From Anaeromyxobacteraceae bacterium (lineage in GTDB: Bacteria > Myxococcota > Myxococcia > Myxococcales > Anaeromyxobacteraceae), in the NCBI GenBank assembly GCA_032654565.1, contig JAULAX010000017.1, positions 640,001 through 704,000 of the forward strand: a stretch of 64,000 nucleotides of DNA, read 5' to 3'. This document shows, one piece after another, positions 44,643 to 53,573 of this stretch. How positions within the stretch are numbered: the stretch's first letter is position 1; each line of letters starts with the position of its first letter. The notes beneath the pieces were generated by a model. That model was not told where the DNA came from. It saw only the letters and a list, made by a program, of their open reading frames with translations, and did no database searches. The translations under genes were made by a program, and so were the position numbers.

Positions 44643-45101
44643 ATGGCCACCCCGACCCGACTCGCCTGCGCCGCCCTGCTCCTGGCCACCTCCTGCGCCA
44701 CCGCCGAGCCGGGTGGCCTGCCCGGCGCCAGGCGGGCCAGCGGACCGGGCTCGCCGCCACCCCCGGTGGCCTACGGCGGGGAGATCCTGCGGCTCGGCGC
44801 CGACGCCGTCGGCTTCAAGCGCCCGCTCCCGGTGGACGAGGAGTGCCTCGGGGACGCGCTGCGCCGGGCCCCCGGCGCCGCCGGCGTCGAGAACAAGGTC
44901 AGGTTCGCGGTGCTCCTCGACGGCAGCCTGGCCCGGTTCTCCTACCTGGAGCCGGTGACGCCGGCGCAGGCCCGCGCCATCGAGGCCGCCTTCGCCTCGT
45001 GTCGCTGGAGCCCGGGGATCGACCCGAACGGCCACCCGGTCCCGGTCTGGGTGATCCAGCCCATCAAGGTGGTCGGCACGCCGCAGGTCGACCCGGACTG
45101 A
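44643..45101 (+). CDS. Lipoprotein with TonB C-terminal-like domain
   Basis: LATSC lipobox; VRFAVLLDG...RWSPGIDPNGHPVPV. Confidence 0.55.
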   Translation: MATPTRLACAALLLATSCATAEPGGLPGARRASGPGSPPPPVAYGGEILRLGADAVGFKRPLPVDEECLGDALRRAPGAAGVENKVRFAVLLDGSLARFSYLEPVTPAQARAIEAAFASCRWSPGIDPNGHPVPVWVIQPIKVVGTPQVDPD

Positions 45102-45166
45102 GCCGGGCCGACCCGTGGGGCCTCCCCGCCGGAGCGGGGCGCGGCCGCCGGGCCAGCCCCTCGCCC

Positions 45167-46978
45167 CTACGCCGGCCTGGTCGCCCCGCCCTCGGGGGGG
45201 GAGGACCGGCGCTGCCAGAAGCGGCGCGGCGCCAGGGCCAGGGCCATCAGCAGCAGCTGCGACCCGCAGAAGGCCGAGAGGGACCAGAAGGCCTTGTCCA
45301 TGAAGCCGTAGGAGTGCAGCCCCACCCCCAGCATGTTGACGCCGAACCAGCTGAGCGCGGTGATGACGTTGCCGAAGATGGCCATGGTCATGATGCCGCG
45401 GTCGCGCACGTAGCCGCCCCAGCGGGCGTGCAGGATGATGGCGTTCCAGAGCACGATCAGCAGCGCCCCGTTCTCCTTGGGATCCCAGCCCCAGAACCGG
45501 CCCCAGGACTGGTCGGCCCAGATGCCGCCCAGCACGGTGCCGATGAAGCTGAAGAAGAGCGCGAAGCAGATGACCCCGTAGGCCATCGACACCAGGGTCT
45601 TGTCGGTGGCCGGCAGCAGCGACGGCGCCAGGTGCTTGCGCAGCGCCCAGCCGATGGCGATGGCCCCGGCCAGGAAGGTCCCGGAGTAGCCGATGGTGAT
45701 GGTGGTGACGTGGGTGGCCAGCCAGAAGTTGGAGTCGAGCACCGCCCGCATCATCTCCATGGTGTCGCCGTCGCCGGTCAGGTGGTGGGCCACGATCAGC
45801 GAGGCGAAGCCGGCCGAGGCGGCCACCGCGGTGCCGAAGCCCTTGCGGTACATCCGCTCCAGGAACACCCCCAGCACCACCGCGCCCCAGCCGACGAAGA
45901 CCGCCGAGGAGTAGAGGTTGGTGACCGGCGGGCGCCCCTGGAGGATGACCCGGGAGACCAGGCCGCCGGTGTGGATGATGGTGCCGGCCAGCAGCAGCGC
46001 GAAGGCCGAGCCCTGCAGCAGCTCGGGGCGCCACAGCCAGGAGGCGAAGACCAGCAGCAGCGCCGCCACGTAGATCACCATCCCCGAGTAGAAGGGGTCG
46101 ACCCGGTTGAAGACGATCTCGTGGTCGCCCTGGGCCACCGCCTCGGGCTTGGCGGCCACGCCGAAGGCCCGCAGCTGGGCCACCGCGGCGTTGAAGCCGG
46201 CGGCGTCGCCGGCCCGGTAGGCCGCCCCCACCCTGGCCAGCGAGGCCAGCCCGGCGTCGGCCGAGCCGCCCCCGGCGGCGTCGCGCAGCGCCTCGCCGAC
46301 GCTGCGCCAGCTGGCCTGCAGGTCGCCCTGGGGCGGCAGCGGGCGGAAGAAGGAGGCGCTGGAGAGCAGGGCGTGGCGCTCCCGCGCCGCGGGCTCGGTC
46401 ACCACGGCCAGCTCCTCGGCCAGCGGCTTGCCGCCCGGCACCTGCACGGTGTTCTGCAGCCGCAGGTAGAGGTCGAGCCGCTGGTAGAGGTTGACCACCG
46501 CCCCCTGGAAGCGGGTCCGCTGCTTGGGGTCGACCGGCTCGGCGGCCGCCGCCTGGTTCTGGACCTCGCCGAGGAAGGGGCGGATGTCCCGGAAGGCGAA
46601 GTAGCGGTTGGTCGAGGAGAGCTTCTGCCCGATCAGCGAGAGCACGTCGGGGTCGTTGATGACGAAGGCCGGCTGGGCGTCGGCCACCTCGGGCCGGAAG
46701 AGGACGTCGAGGATCCACTCGTCGGCCCCCACGGTGCGGGCCTGCTTCTGCCCGCCCACCTCCTCCTCGAAGCGGAAGCTCATCTGGCTGCGGATCATCA
46801 GCAGCGAGTTGCGGGCCACCGAGTCGACGGGCTTGATGCGCCCGCCCTCCAGCACCGGCAGCCGCCCGAAGGCGTCGAGGTTCATGCCCCGCACCGGCCG
46901 GGCCGGGAGCAGCCCGGAGGCCACCCAGCCCAGCGCCAGCACGCCCACCACCCACGGTGCGAACCTGGAGAGCTTCAT
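45167..46978 (-). CDS. ccsA: Cytochrome c biogenesis System II heme lyase CcsA/ResC with large periplasmic domain
   Basis: WWD motif WADQSWGRFWGWDPKE, WLATHV, GLHSYG; N-terminal GRIKPVDS. Confidence 0.9.
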   Translation of the reverse strand: MKLSRFAPWVVGVLALGWVASGLLPARPVRGMNLDAFGRLPVLEGGRIKPVDSVARNSLLMIRSQMSFRFEEEVGGQKQARTVGADEWILDVLFRPEVADAQPAFVINDPDVLSLIGQKLSSTNRYFAFRDIRPFLGEVQNQAAAAEPVDPKQRTRFQGAVVNLYQRLDLYLRLQNTVQVPGGKPLAEELAVVTEPAARERHALLSSASFFRPLPPQGDLQASWRSVGEALRDAAGGGSADAGLASLARVGAAYRAGDAAGFNAAVAQLRAFGVAAKPEAVAQGDHEIVFNRVDPFYSGMVIYVAALLLVFASWLWRPELLQGSAFALLLAGTIIHTGGLVSRVILQGRPPVTNLYSSAVFVGWGAVVLGVFLERMYRKGFGTAVAASAGFASLIVAHHLTGDGDTMEMMRAVLDSNFWLATHVTTITIGYSGTFLAGAIAIGWALRKHLAPSLLPATDKTLVSMAYGVICFALFFSFIGTVLGGIWADQSWGRFWGWDPKENGALLIVLWNAIILHARWGGYVRDRGIMTMAIFGNVITALSWFGVNMLGVGLHSYGFMDKAFWSLSAFCGSQLLLMALALAPRRFWQRRSSPPEGGATRPA

Positions 46979-46979
46979 G

Positions 46980-48155
46980 TCATGCCTCCGCTGCGGCGGC
47001 CCGCCGCCTGAGCGCCCTGCCGAGTGAGATTCCGAAGTGGACCAGCAGCCCGATGCCGACCAGCGCGCAGGAGATGTAGGGGAGCAGCCAGCCCGGGTTC
47101 TCCACCACCTGCAGGATGGAGAGGGTGTCGTTCTTGCCGAAGCTGGCCTGGTAGAAGGCCTTGCCCCCGTAGCGCAGCGGCTGGTTCATGTAGATGAGGA
47201 CGTCGCGGGCCTCGTTCTTGGCCCGGTTGGTGAGGTGCACCAGGCTGGAGAAGTTCTTGGGGATGGTGGTCCCCTCGTAGACGTCGTGGCTGAACTTCTT
47301 CAGCGTCATCGAGTAGGGGAGGTACTGGCGGCGGGGGCGCATGGCCAGCGCGTAGGCCCGCCCCTCGTGGATGAACTGCTGCGGCGACCCCAGCTGCCCG
47401 GAGACCAGCCAGGCCCCGTAGCTGCGCCCCCCGGCCACCGGCTCCACCACCGCCACCGGCACGTTGCTCCGGTCGTCGGAGGAGACCGGGCGCAGCGGCT
47501 GCACCGCCACGTTGGCGCCGACGCCCATGTTGGCCACCGGCTGGAAGCCGGGGCCGGCCATGGAGAGCTGGGCGTTCTCCCAGTAGCGGCGGACCCGCAG
47601 GACCACCGGCGTCCCCGGCACCGGGATCAGGCCCCCCTCGGCCAGCAGCCCCTCGGGGACCGAGTGGACCTCGTCCCAGGCCGGGTCGGTGGTGTCGGTG
47701 AGCGTCAGCTCCTGCTCGCGGGGGTGCTCGACGTAGTTGACCGTCTGCCCCTCCTCGATGGCCAGCTGGGTCTCCACCTGGAAGACCCCGGTGATGAACT
47801 CGCCGACGAAGAGCAGGATCAGGCCGGCGTGGACGATCCAGATGCCGGCCTTCCTGGTGGAGAGCTCGAGGCGGCGCCCCTGGGCGGCGGCCAGGTTGAG
47901 CATCAGCACCAGCCCGACGCTGGCGCCGCCGGGGAAGATGGCCAGCGACCAGCCGGTGCCCGGCACCTGCCACCAGACCACGAAGCTGCGCATGTAGAGG
48001 TTGACGGCGGCCACGGTGCCGAGCTGCACCTGGGCCAGCGTGCAGGCCACCACCAGCAGCATGAGCAGGGTGAGGCAGACGATGGTGAGCTTGAGGGAGG
48101 TCACCAGGTCCCAGAGCGTGCGGACCGCGGCGCGGGCGGGCGTGGAGTCAGTCAC
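46980..48155 (-). CDS. Cytochrome c biogenesis protein ResB/CcsB-like
   Basis: SLKLTIVCL, HAGLILLFVG, YMNQPLRYGG..FYQASF; directly upstream of ccsA. Confidence 0.8.
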   Translation of the reverse strand: MTDSTPARAAVRTLWDLVTSLKLTIVCLTLLMLLVVACTLAQVQLGTVAAVNLYMRSFVVWWQVPGTGWSLAIFPGGASVGLVLMLNLAAAQGRRLELSTRKAGIWIVHAGLILLFVGEFITGVFQVETQLAIEEGQTVNYVEHPREQELTLTDTTDPAWDEVHSVPEGLLAEGGLIPVPGTPVVLRVRRYWENAQLSMAGPGFQPVANMGVGANVAVQPLRPVSSDDRSNVPVAVVEPVAGGRSYGAWLVSGQLGSPQQFIHEGRAYALAMRPRRQYLPYSMTLKKFSHDVYEGTTIPKNFSSLVHLTNRAKNEARDVLIYMNQPLRYGGKAFYQASFGKNDTLSILQVVENPGWLLPYISCALVGIGLLVHFGISLGRALRRRAAAAEA

Positions 48156-48831
48156 GGTGGAGGCTCCCCAGCAGCTGGAGGAAGGCGGGGCGGGCGGCGG
48201 TGACCGGCTCGGCGTCGCCGGTCAGCTTGATGAACCAGGCGCTGCCGTCGACCATGAGGATGGCGGCGATGAGGCGGCTCTTCGTGCCGCCCTCGCTGGT
48301 GAAGTCGTAGACGTTGACCGCCCCGACCCGGGAGGTGACGGTGGTGCGGGCCGCCGCCAGGCCGGCGGCGTCGGTGGGGCCGAGGCCGATCTGGCCCCGC
48401 CAGCGGTTGACGTTGGGCAGCTCGCCGCCGGCGTCGCCGGGGAGCGTCACCACCGAGCCGTCGATCTTGCCGGCGCCCGGGACCTTGAAGGTGGCGAAGC
48501 GCATCCCGCCGGGAAAGCTCTGCCCCCAGCCGGCGGGGAGCGTCCACTTCACCGCCTCGGCGCCGCTGGGCGTGGGGGGCATGGGGACGTCGCCGGCCAT
48601 GCCGGGCGGCGGCGTGGGGGCCGGGGCGGTCCGGTGCGAGGCGCCCAGCCCGTCGCCGCCGGCGGCCTCGGCGGCCGGCGCGACCTCCTTGGCGACGCGG
48701 TAGCTGGTCACCTCCTCCCGCCGGCACCCGGCCACGAGGAGGAGGAGCACGCCGGCGACGAGCCAGGCGCCGCGCGCCGGCGCGCGGGGGGCGCCGAGGG
48801 CGGATCGGGAGGGGGGCTGGACCACGTCCAT
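48148..48831 (-). CDS. Hypothetical lipoprotein (NVNRWRGQ motif) coupled to resB-ccsA
   Basis: VAGC lipobox; WTLPAGW, GMRFATF, GGELPNVNRWRGQIGL, WFIKLTG; overlaps resB start. Confidence 0.7.
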   Translation of the reverse strand: MDVVQPPSRSALGAPRAPARGAWLVAGVLLLLVAGCRREEVTSYRVAKEVAPAAEAAGGDGLGASHRTAPAPTPPPGMAGDVPMPPTPSGAEAVKWTLPAGWGQSFPGGMRFATFKVPGAGKIDGSVVTLPGDAGGELPNVNRWRGQIGLGPTDAAGLAAARTTVTSRVGAVNVYDFTSEGGTKSRLIAAILMVDGSAWFIKLTGDAEPVTAARPAFLQLLGSLHRD

Positions 48832-48946
48832 CGAGGCTCCTCTGGGTTGGGCTTGCGCCCCATGTTCTAATCTCCGGGGCCAAGGGTGCAATACGACTTG
48901 GGATCGGCTATGCCAGTTCCCCCTTGTCTCATCGGAGTTTTTCGCG

Positions 48947-50020
48947 ATGCAGCAGACCGAGAACCTGAATGTAGCGGCATTTGACCTCATGCCCTCCCCG
49001 GACGAGGTACACGCTCGGGTCCCCCTGTCCGAGAAGGCCGCTTCCACCGTCCTGGCCGGCCGCCGCGCCATCGAGGCCATCCTCGACGGCCGGGACCGCC
49101 GCCTCTTCGCCGTGGTCGGCCCCTGCTCCATCCACGACCCGCTGGCCGGCCTCGACTACGCCCGGCGGCTGCGCGCCCTGGCCGACGAGCTGGCCGAGAC
49201 GCTGGTGCTGGTGATGCGGGTCTACTTCGAGAAGCCGCGCACCTCGCTGGGCTGGAAGGGGTTCATCAACGACCCCAACCTCGACGACTCCTTCCGGGTC
49301 GACGAGGGGATGGAGAAGGCCCGCAAGTTCCTGCTCGACGTCAACGAGCTGGGGCTGCCGGCCGGCACCGAGGCGCTCGACCCCATCGCGCCCCAGTACT
49401 ACATGGACCTGGTCACCTGGACCGCCATCGGGGCCCGCACCTCCGAGTCGCAGACCCACCGCGAGATGTCCTCCGGCCTCTCCACGCCGGTGGGCTTCAA
49501 GAACGGCACCGACGGCGACGTCGACGCCGCCGTCAACGCCATCCTCTCGGCCAGCGGGGCCCACGCCTTCCTCGGCGTCAACGGCCAGGGGAAGACCGCC
49601 ATCATCCGCACCCGCGGCAACCGCTACGGCCACGTGGTGCTGCGCGGCGGCGGCGGGCGCTCCAACTACGACTCGCTCTCCATCTCGCTGGCCGAGCAGG
49701 CGCTCACCAAGGCCAGGCTGCCGCGCAACCTGGTGGTCGACTGCTCCCATGCCAACTCGCTGAAGAAGCCGGAGCTGCAGCCGCTGGTGCTGCGCGACGT
49801 GGTCAACCAGATCCGCGACGGCAACCGCTCGGTGACCGGGGTGATGGTGGAGAGCTTCATCGAGGCGGGGAACCAGCCCCTCCAGCCCGATCTCTCCCTG
49901 CTCCGCTACGGCTGCTCGGTGACCGACGGCTGCGTCGGCTGGGACACCACCGTGGAGATGCTGCGCGAGACCCACCAGGCGCTCAAGGAAGTGCTGCCGA
50001 AGCGGAAGCGGTTCGACTGA
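48947..50020 (+). CDS. DAHP synthase, type I-alpha (AroF/G/H family)
   Basis: GPCSIHD, RVYFEKPRT, IGARTSESQTHRE, DCSHANS, SVTDGC. Confidence 0.93.
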   Translation: MQQTENLNVAAFDLMPSPDEVHARVPLSEKAASTVLAGRRAIEAILDGRDRRLFAVVGPCSIHDPLAGLDYARRLRALADELAETLVLVMRVYFEKPRTSLGWKGFINDPNLDDSFRVDEGMEKARKFLLDVNELGLPAGTEALDPIAPQYYMDLVTWTAIGARTSESQTHREMSSGLSTPVGFKNGTDGDVDAAVNAILSASGAHAFLGVNGQGKTAIIRTRGNRYGHVVLRGGGGRSNYDSLSISLAEQALTKARLPRNLVVDCSHANSLKKPELQPLVLRDVVNQIRDGNRSVTGVMVESFIEAGNQPLQPDLSLLRYGCSVTDGCVGWDTTVEMLRETHQALKEVLPKRKRFD

Positions 50021-50045
50021 GGTCCCGGGTGGGCGGGGAGACGCG

Positions 50046-51779
50046 ATGAACGAAGCCAAGCCGCAGGACGCCGTTCCGGCCCAGGTGGGGGTCAACGCCT
50101 GCGCCGCGGAGATCGCCCGGACCATGTTCGAGGGGATGCCCAGCGGCATCAGCGTCATCGACCGCGACTTCCGCATCCAGCAGGTCAACCAGTACTTCGC
50201 CACCTGGCTGAAGCGCTCCCCCGACGAGATGGTCGGGCAGCTGTGCTACGGCCTGATCCACCACCGGGACGAACCCTGCGTCGACTGCCCCTGCGCCGTC
50301 ACCTTCCGCACCGGGGAGCCGGCCACCACCGTCCACACCGGGCTCGACGCCCAGGGCGGCACCACCTACGCCGAGATCGTCGCGCTCCCGGTGCGCAACG
50401 CGGCCGGCCAGGTCACCCACGCCCTGGAGGCGGCCCGCGACGTCTCCGAGCGCGAGCGCCACCTGCGCCAGCTCGGCCAGGCGGTGGCCGACCTGCGCGC
50501 CTCCGACGAGCAGCTGCGGCGCCGCAACGAGGAGCTGGAGATCCTCAACGGCCTCATGCTCCGCGCCAGCGGGCCCATGCGGATGAGCGACCTGCTCGAC
50601 GCCCTGCTCTCCGGGGCGCTCCGCGTCGCCGGGCCGCAGGCCGCCGGCGGCATCTTCCTGCTCGACGAGGCGCGGCGGGAGCTGCAGCTGGCCGCCCACC
50701 GGGGGCTGGACGCCGACTTCGTGCTCCGCGAGCGCTCGGTCCGGCTCGGCGAGTGCCTCTGCGGCGCCGCCGCCCTCTCCGGCGAGGTCATCATCAGCGC
50801 CGACCCGTCCCGGGACCCGCGCTACACCCGCACCACCACCGCCGCGCCCCACGGCGAGGTGATCATCCCGCTCTCCTCCCACGAGCAGGTGCTGGGGGTG
50901 CTCTTCATCCAGCTGCCGGCCGGGCAGCCGGTCCCGCCGCCCGAGCGGGAGCGGCTCTTCCGGCTGATGGGGCGGCAGATCGGCATCTCGGTGGAGAACG
51001 CCCAGCTCTACCAGCGCACCGACGCCCAGCTGCGGCTCAAGGTGGGGGAGCTGACCCGGGCCCTCTCCACGGTGGAGCGGGAGCGGGCCCGGGCCGAGAG
51101 CAGCGAGCGGACCAAGGAGGAGTTCGTCTCCATGGTCTCGCACGACCTGCGCTCGCCGCTCACGGTGATCCTCGCCGACGCCGGCGACTACGCCACCAGC
51201 TGCACCGACCCCGGCTGCGCCGAGTCCCGGGCCTCGGTGCGCCAGTCGGCGCGACGCATGGCGGTGATGCTCAACGAGCTGGTCGACTCGGCCCGCCTGG
51301 AGTCGGGGACGCTGGAGCTGCACCACGAGCCCGTCGATCTCGGCGCCCTGCTGCGCACCCTGGCGGTGCAGAGCTTCTCGGTGGCCGACCGGGCCCGGCT
51401 CCAGTTCGTCGACGCCCAGCCGGCGCTGCTGCTCCCCGGCGATCGCTCCTGGCTGGAGCGGGCCCTGGTCAACGTCATCGGCAACGCCCTCAAGTACGCG
51501 CCCGGCGACACGCCGGTGCGAATCATGCTGGCCGCCGACGGCGAGGCCGCGGTGGTGACGGTCACCGACGAAGGGCCGGGCATCCCCGCCGACGAGCTGC
51601 AGCTGGTCTTCCAGCGCTTCTACCGGGCCTCCAACACCCGCCGGCGCGTCGAGGGCTCGGGGCTGGGGCTCTTCATCGCCCGCAAGGTGGTCGAGGCCCA
51701 CGGCGGCGAGGCCACGGTGCAGAGCGAGGAGGGGCGCGGCACCACCATCCGCTTCCGCTTCCCGGTGCGCCCGGCCTGA
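50046..51779 (+). CDS. PAS-GAF sensor histidine kinase
   Basis: PAS with CY...PCVDCPC; GAF with GECLCG; SHDLRSPL H-box; NALKY, DEGPGI, GSGLGL. Confidence 0.88.
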   Translation: MNEAKPQDAVPAQVGVNACAAEIARTMFEGMPSGISVIDRDFRIQQVNQYFATWLKRSPDEMVGQLCYGLIHHRDEPCVDCPCAVTFRTGEPATTVHTGLDAQGGTTYAEIVALPVRNAAGQVTHALEAARDVSERERHLRQLGQAVADLRASDEQLRRRNEELEILNGLMLRASGPMRMSDLLDALLSGALRVAGPQAAGGIFLLDEARRELQLAAHRGLDADFVLRERSVRLGECLCGAAALSGEVIISADPSRDPRYTRTTTAAPHGEVIIPLSSHEQVLGVLFIQLPAGQPVPPPERERLFRLMGRQIGISVENAQLYQRTDAQLRLKVGELTRALSTVERERARAESSERTKEEFVSMVSHDLRSPLTVILADAGDYATSCTDPGCAESRASVRQSARRMAVMLNELVDSARLESGTLELHHEPVDLGALLRTLAVQSFSVADRARLQFVDAQPALLLPGDRSWLERALVNVIGNALKYAPGDTPVRIMLAADGEAAVVTVTDEGPGIPADELQLVFQRFYRASNTRRRVEGSGLGLFIARKVVEAHGGEATVQSEEGRGTTIRFRFPVRPA

Positions 51780-51836
51780 CCTCGGCCGGGGAGTTCCCCC
51801 GGCCCGAGCCGGCGGCGCCTCGGCCGGAGGGCCTCC

Positions 51837-53468
51837 TCAGGCCCCGCGCACCACCACGCCGCTGGCGGTCTCGTCGAAGGCCAGCTCGGGGTGGAACTTC
51901 TCGGCGCTGCGCAGGGCCCACTCCCGGTCGAAGAGCACCACCAGCCGGTCGCGGACGTCGAGCACCACCTGCCCCTCCGAGATGGCCTCCTGGAGCGCCT
52001 CGGCGGTGAGCGGCTGGCCGTCGGCGCGGCGGGCCCAGCGGGCCAGCTGCCAGGGCTGGGGCTCGACGCGCACCTCGACGCCGTACTCGGCCTCCAGCCG
52101 GTACTTCACCACCTCGAACTGCAGCTGGCCCAGCGCCCCCAGCACCAGGTCGCCGTAGCGGCCGGCCGGCGGGCGGTAGAGCTGCACCGTCCCCTCCTGG
52201 GCCAGCTGCTCGATGCCGGTGCTGAACTGCTTGCGCCGCATGGGGTCGACCAGCGCCAGGCGGCGGAAGTGCTCGGGGGCGAAGCTGGGGATCCCCTCGA
52301 AGGCGAAGGCCGAGCCGCCGGTGAGGGTGTCGCCGATCTCGAAGGTGCCGGTGTCGTGGAGCCCGACCACGTCGCCGGCGTAGGACTCCTCCACGGTGGC
52401 CCGGTCGCGGGCCAGGAACTGGGTGGGGTTGGCGAGGCGGACGTCCTTGCCGGAGCGGACGTGGTGGACCTTCATCCCCTTGACCAGCTTGCCGGAGCAG
52501 ACCCGCACGAAGGCCACCCGGTCGCGGTGGGCCTTGTCCATGTTCGCCTGGATCTTGAAGACGAAGCCGGAGAACTCGGCGCTGGCCGGATCGATCGGCC
52601 CCTGGTCCGACTGGCGCGGGCCGGGCGGCGGCATCAGCTCGCAGAAGGTCTCCAGGAAGGCCTCGAGGCCGAAGTTGTTGACCGCCGAGCCGAAGAACAT
52701 GGGCGAGAGCTGTCCGGCCAGGAACTTCTCCTCGTCGAAGCCGTCGCCGGCGGCGTCGAGCAGCTCGGCGTCGTGGCGGAGCTGGTCGTAGCCGCGCTGG
52801 TCGAGGGCCTCGAGCAGCATGGGGTCGTCGAGGCCGGTCACCTCCACCGGGGGGCGCTCGGCGCCAGTGGTGGTGGAGGAGTTGGCGTGGTCGCGGTCGA
52901 ACAGGTACACGCGCCGGCGCAGCCGGTGGTAGACGCCGCGGAAGGTGCCGCCGCGGAAGATGGGCCAGGTGACCGGGTAGACGCCGATGCCGAGCACGCT
53001 CTCCACCTCGCCGACCAGCTCGAAGGCGTCGCGGCCGGGCCGGTCGAGCTTGTTGACGAAGGTGAAGATGGGGATGGAGCGCTGCCGGCAGACCCGGAAG
53101 AGCTTGCGGGTCTGGGACTCCACCCCCTTGGCGCAGTCGAGCAGCATCACCGCGCCGTCGACGGCGTGGAGGGTGCGGTAGGTGTCCTCGGAGAAGTCGG
53201 CGTGGCCGGGGGTGTCGAGCAGGTTGAGCTGCAGCCCGCGGTAGGGGAAGGCCAGCACCGAGGTGGTGATGGAGATGCCGCGCTCCCGCTCCATCTCCAT
53301 CCAGTCGGAGACGGTGCTGGCGCGGCCGCGCTTGGCCTTGACGGCGCCGGCCAGCTGGATGACGCCGCCGTAGAGCAGCAGCTTCTCGGTCAGCGTGGTC
53401 TTGCCGGCGTCGGGGTGCGAGATGATCGCGAAGGTGCGGCGGCGGCCGACCTGGTGCTGGGCGCTCAT
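51837..53468 (-). CDS. prfC: Peptide chain release factor 3
   Basis: RRTFAIISHPDAGKTT, SDWMEME..RGISITTS, DTPGH, FKIQANM. Confidence 0.95.
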   Translation of the reverse strand: MSAQHQVGRRRTFAIISHPDAGKTTLTEKLLLYGGVIQLAGAVKAKRGRASTVSDWMEMERERGISITTSVLAFPYRGLQLNLLDTPGHADFSEDTYRTLHAVDGAVMLLDCAKGVESQTRKLFRVCRQRSIPIFTFVNKLDRPGRDAFELVGEVESVLGIGVYPVTWPIFRGGTFRGVYHRLRRRVYLFDRDHANSSTTTGAERPPVEVTGLDDPMLLEALDQRGYDQLRHDAELLDAAGDGFDEEKFLAGQLSPMFFGSAVNNFGLEAFLETFCELMPPPGPRQSDQGPIDPASAEFSGFVFKIQANMDKAHRDRVAFVRVCSGKLVKGMKVHHVRSGKDVRLANPTQFLARDRATVEESYAGDVVGLHDTGTFEIGDTLTGGSAFAFEGIPSFAPEHFRRLALVDPMRRKQFSTGIEQLAQEGTVQLYRPPAGRYGDLVLGALGQLQFEVVKYRLEAEYGVEVRVEPQPWQLARWARRADGQPLTAEALQEAISEGQVVLDVRDRLVVLFDREWALRSAEKFHPELAFDETASGVVVRGA

Positions 53469-53573
53469 GGACTCCTCGTGGGAAAGGCCGGCCCGGCGCC
53501 GCCTCGGCGGCCGGGGGCGCCGGACTTAGCACATCCGGGCGGGACCCGTCACAGCGCCACGGCCTCCTCGCCC

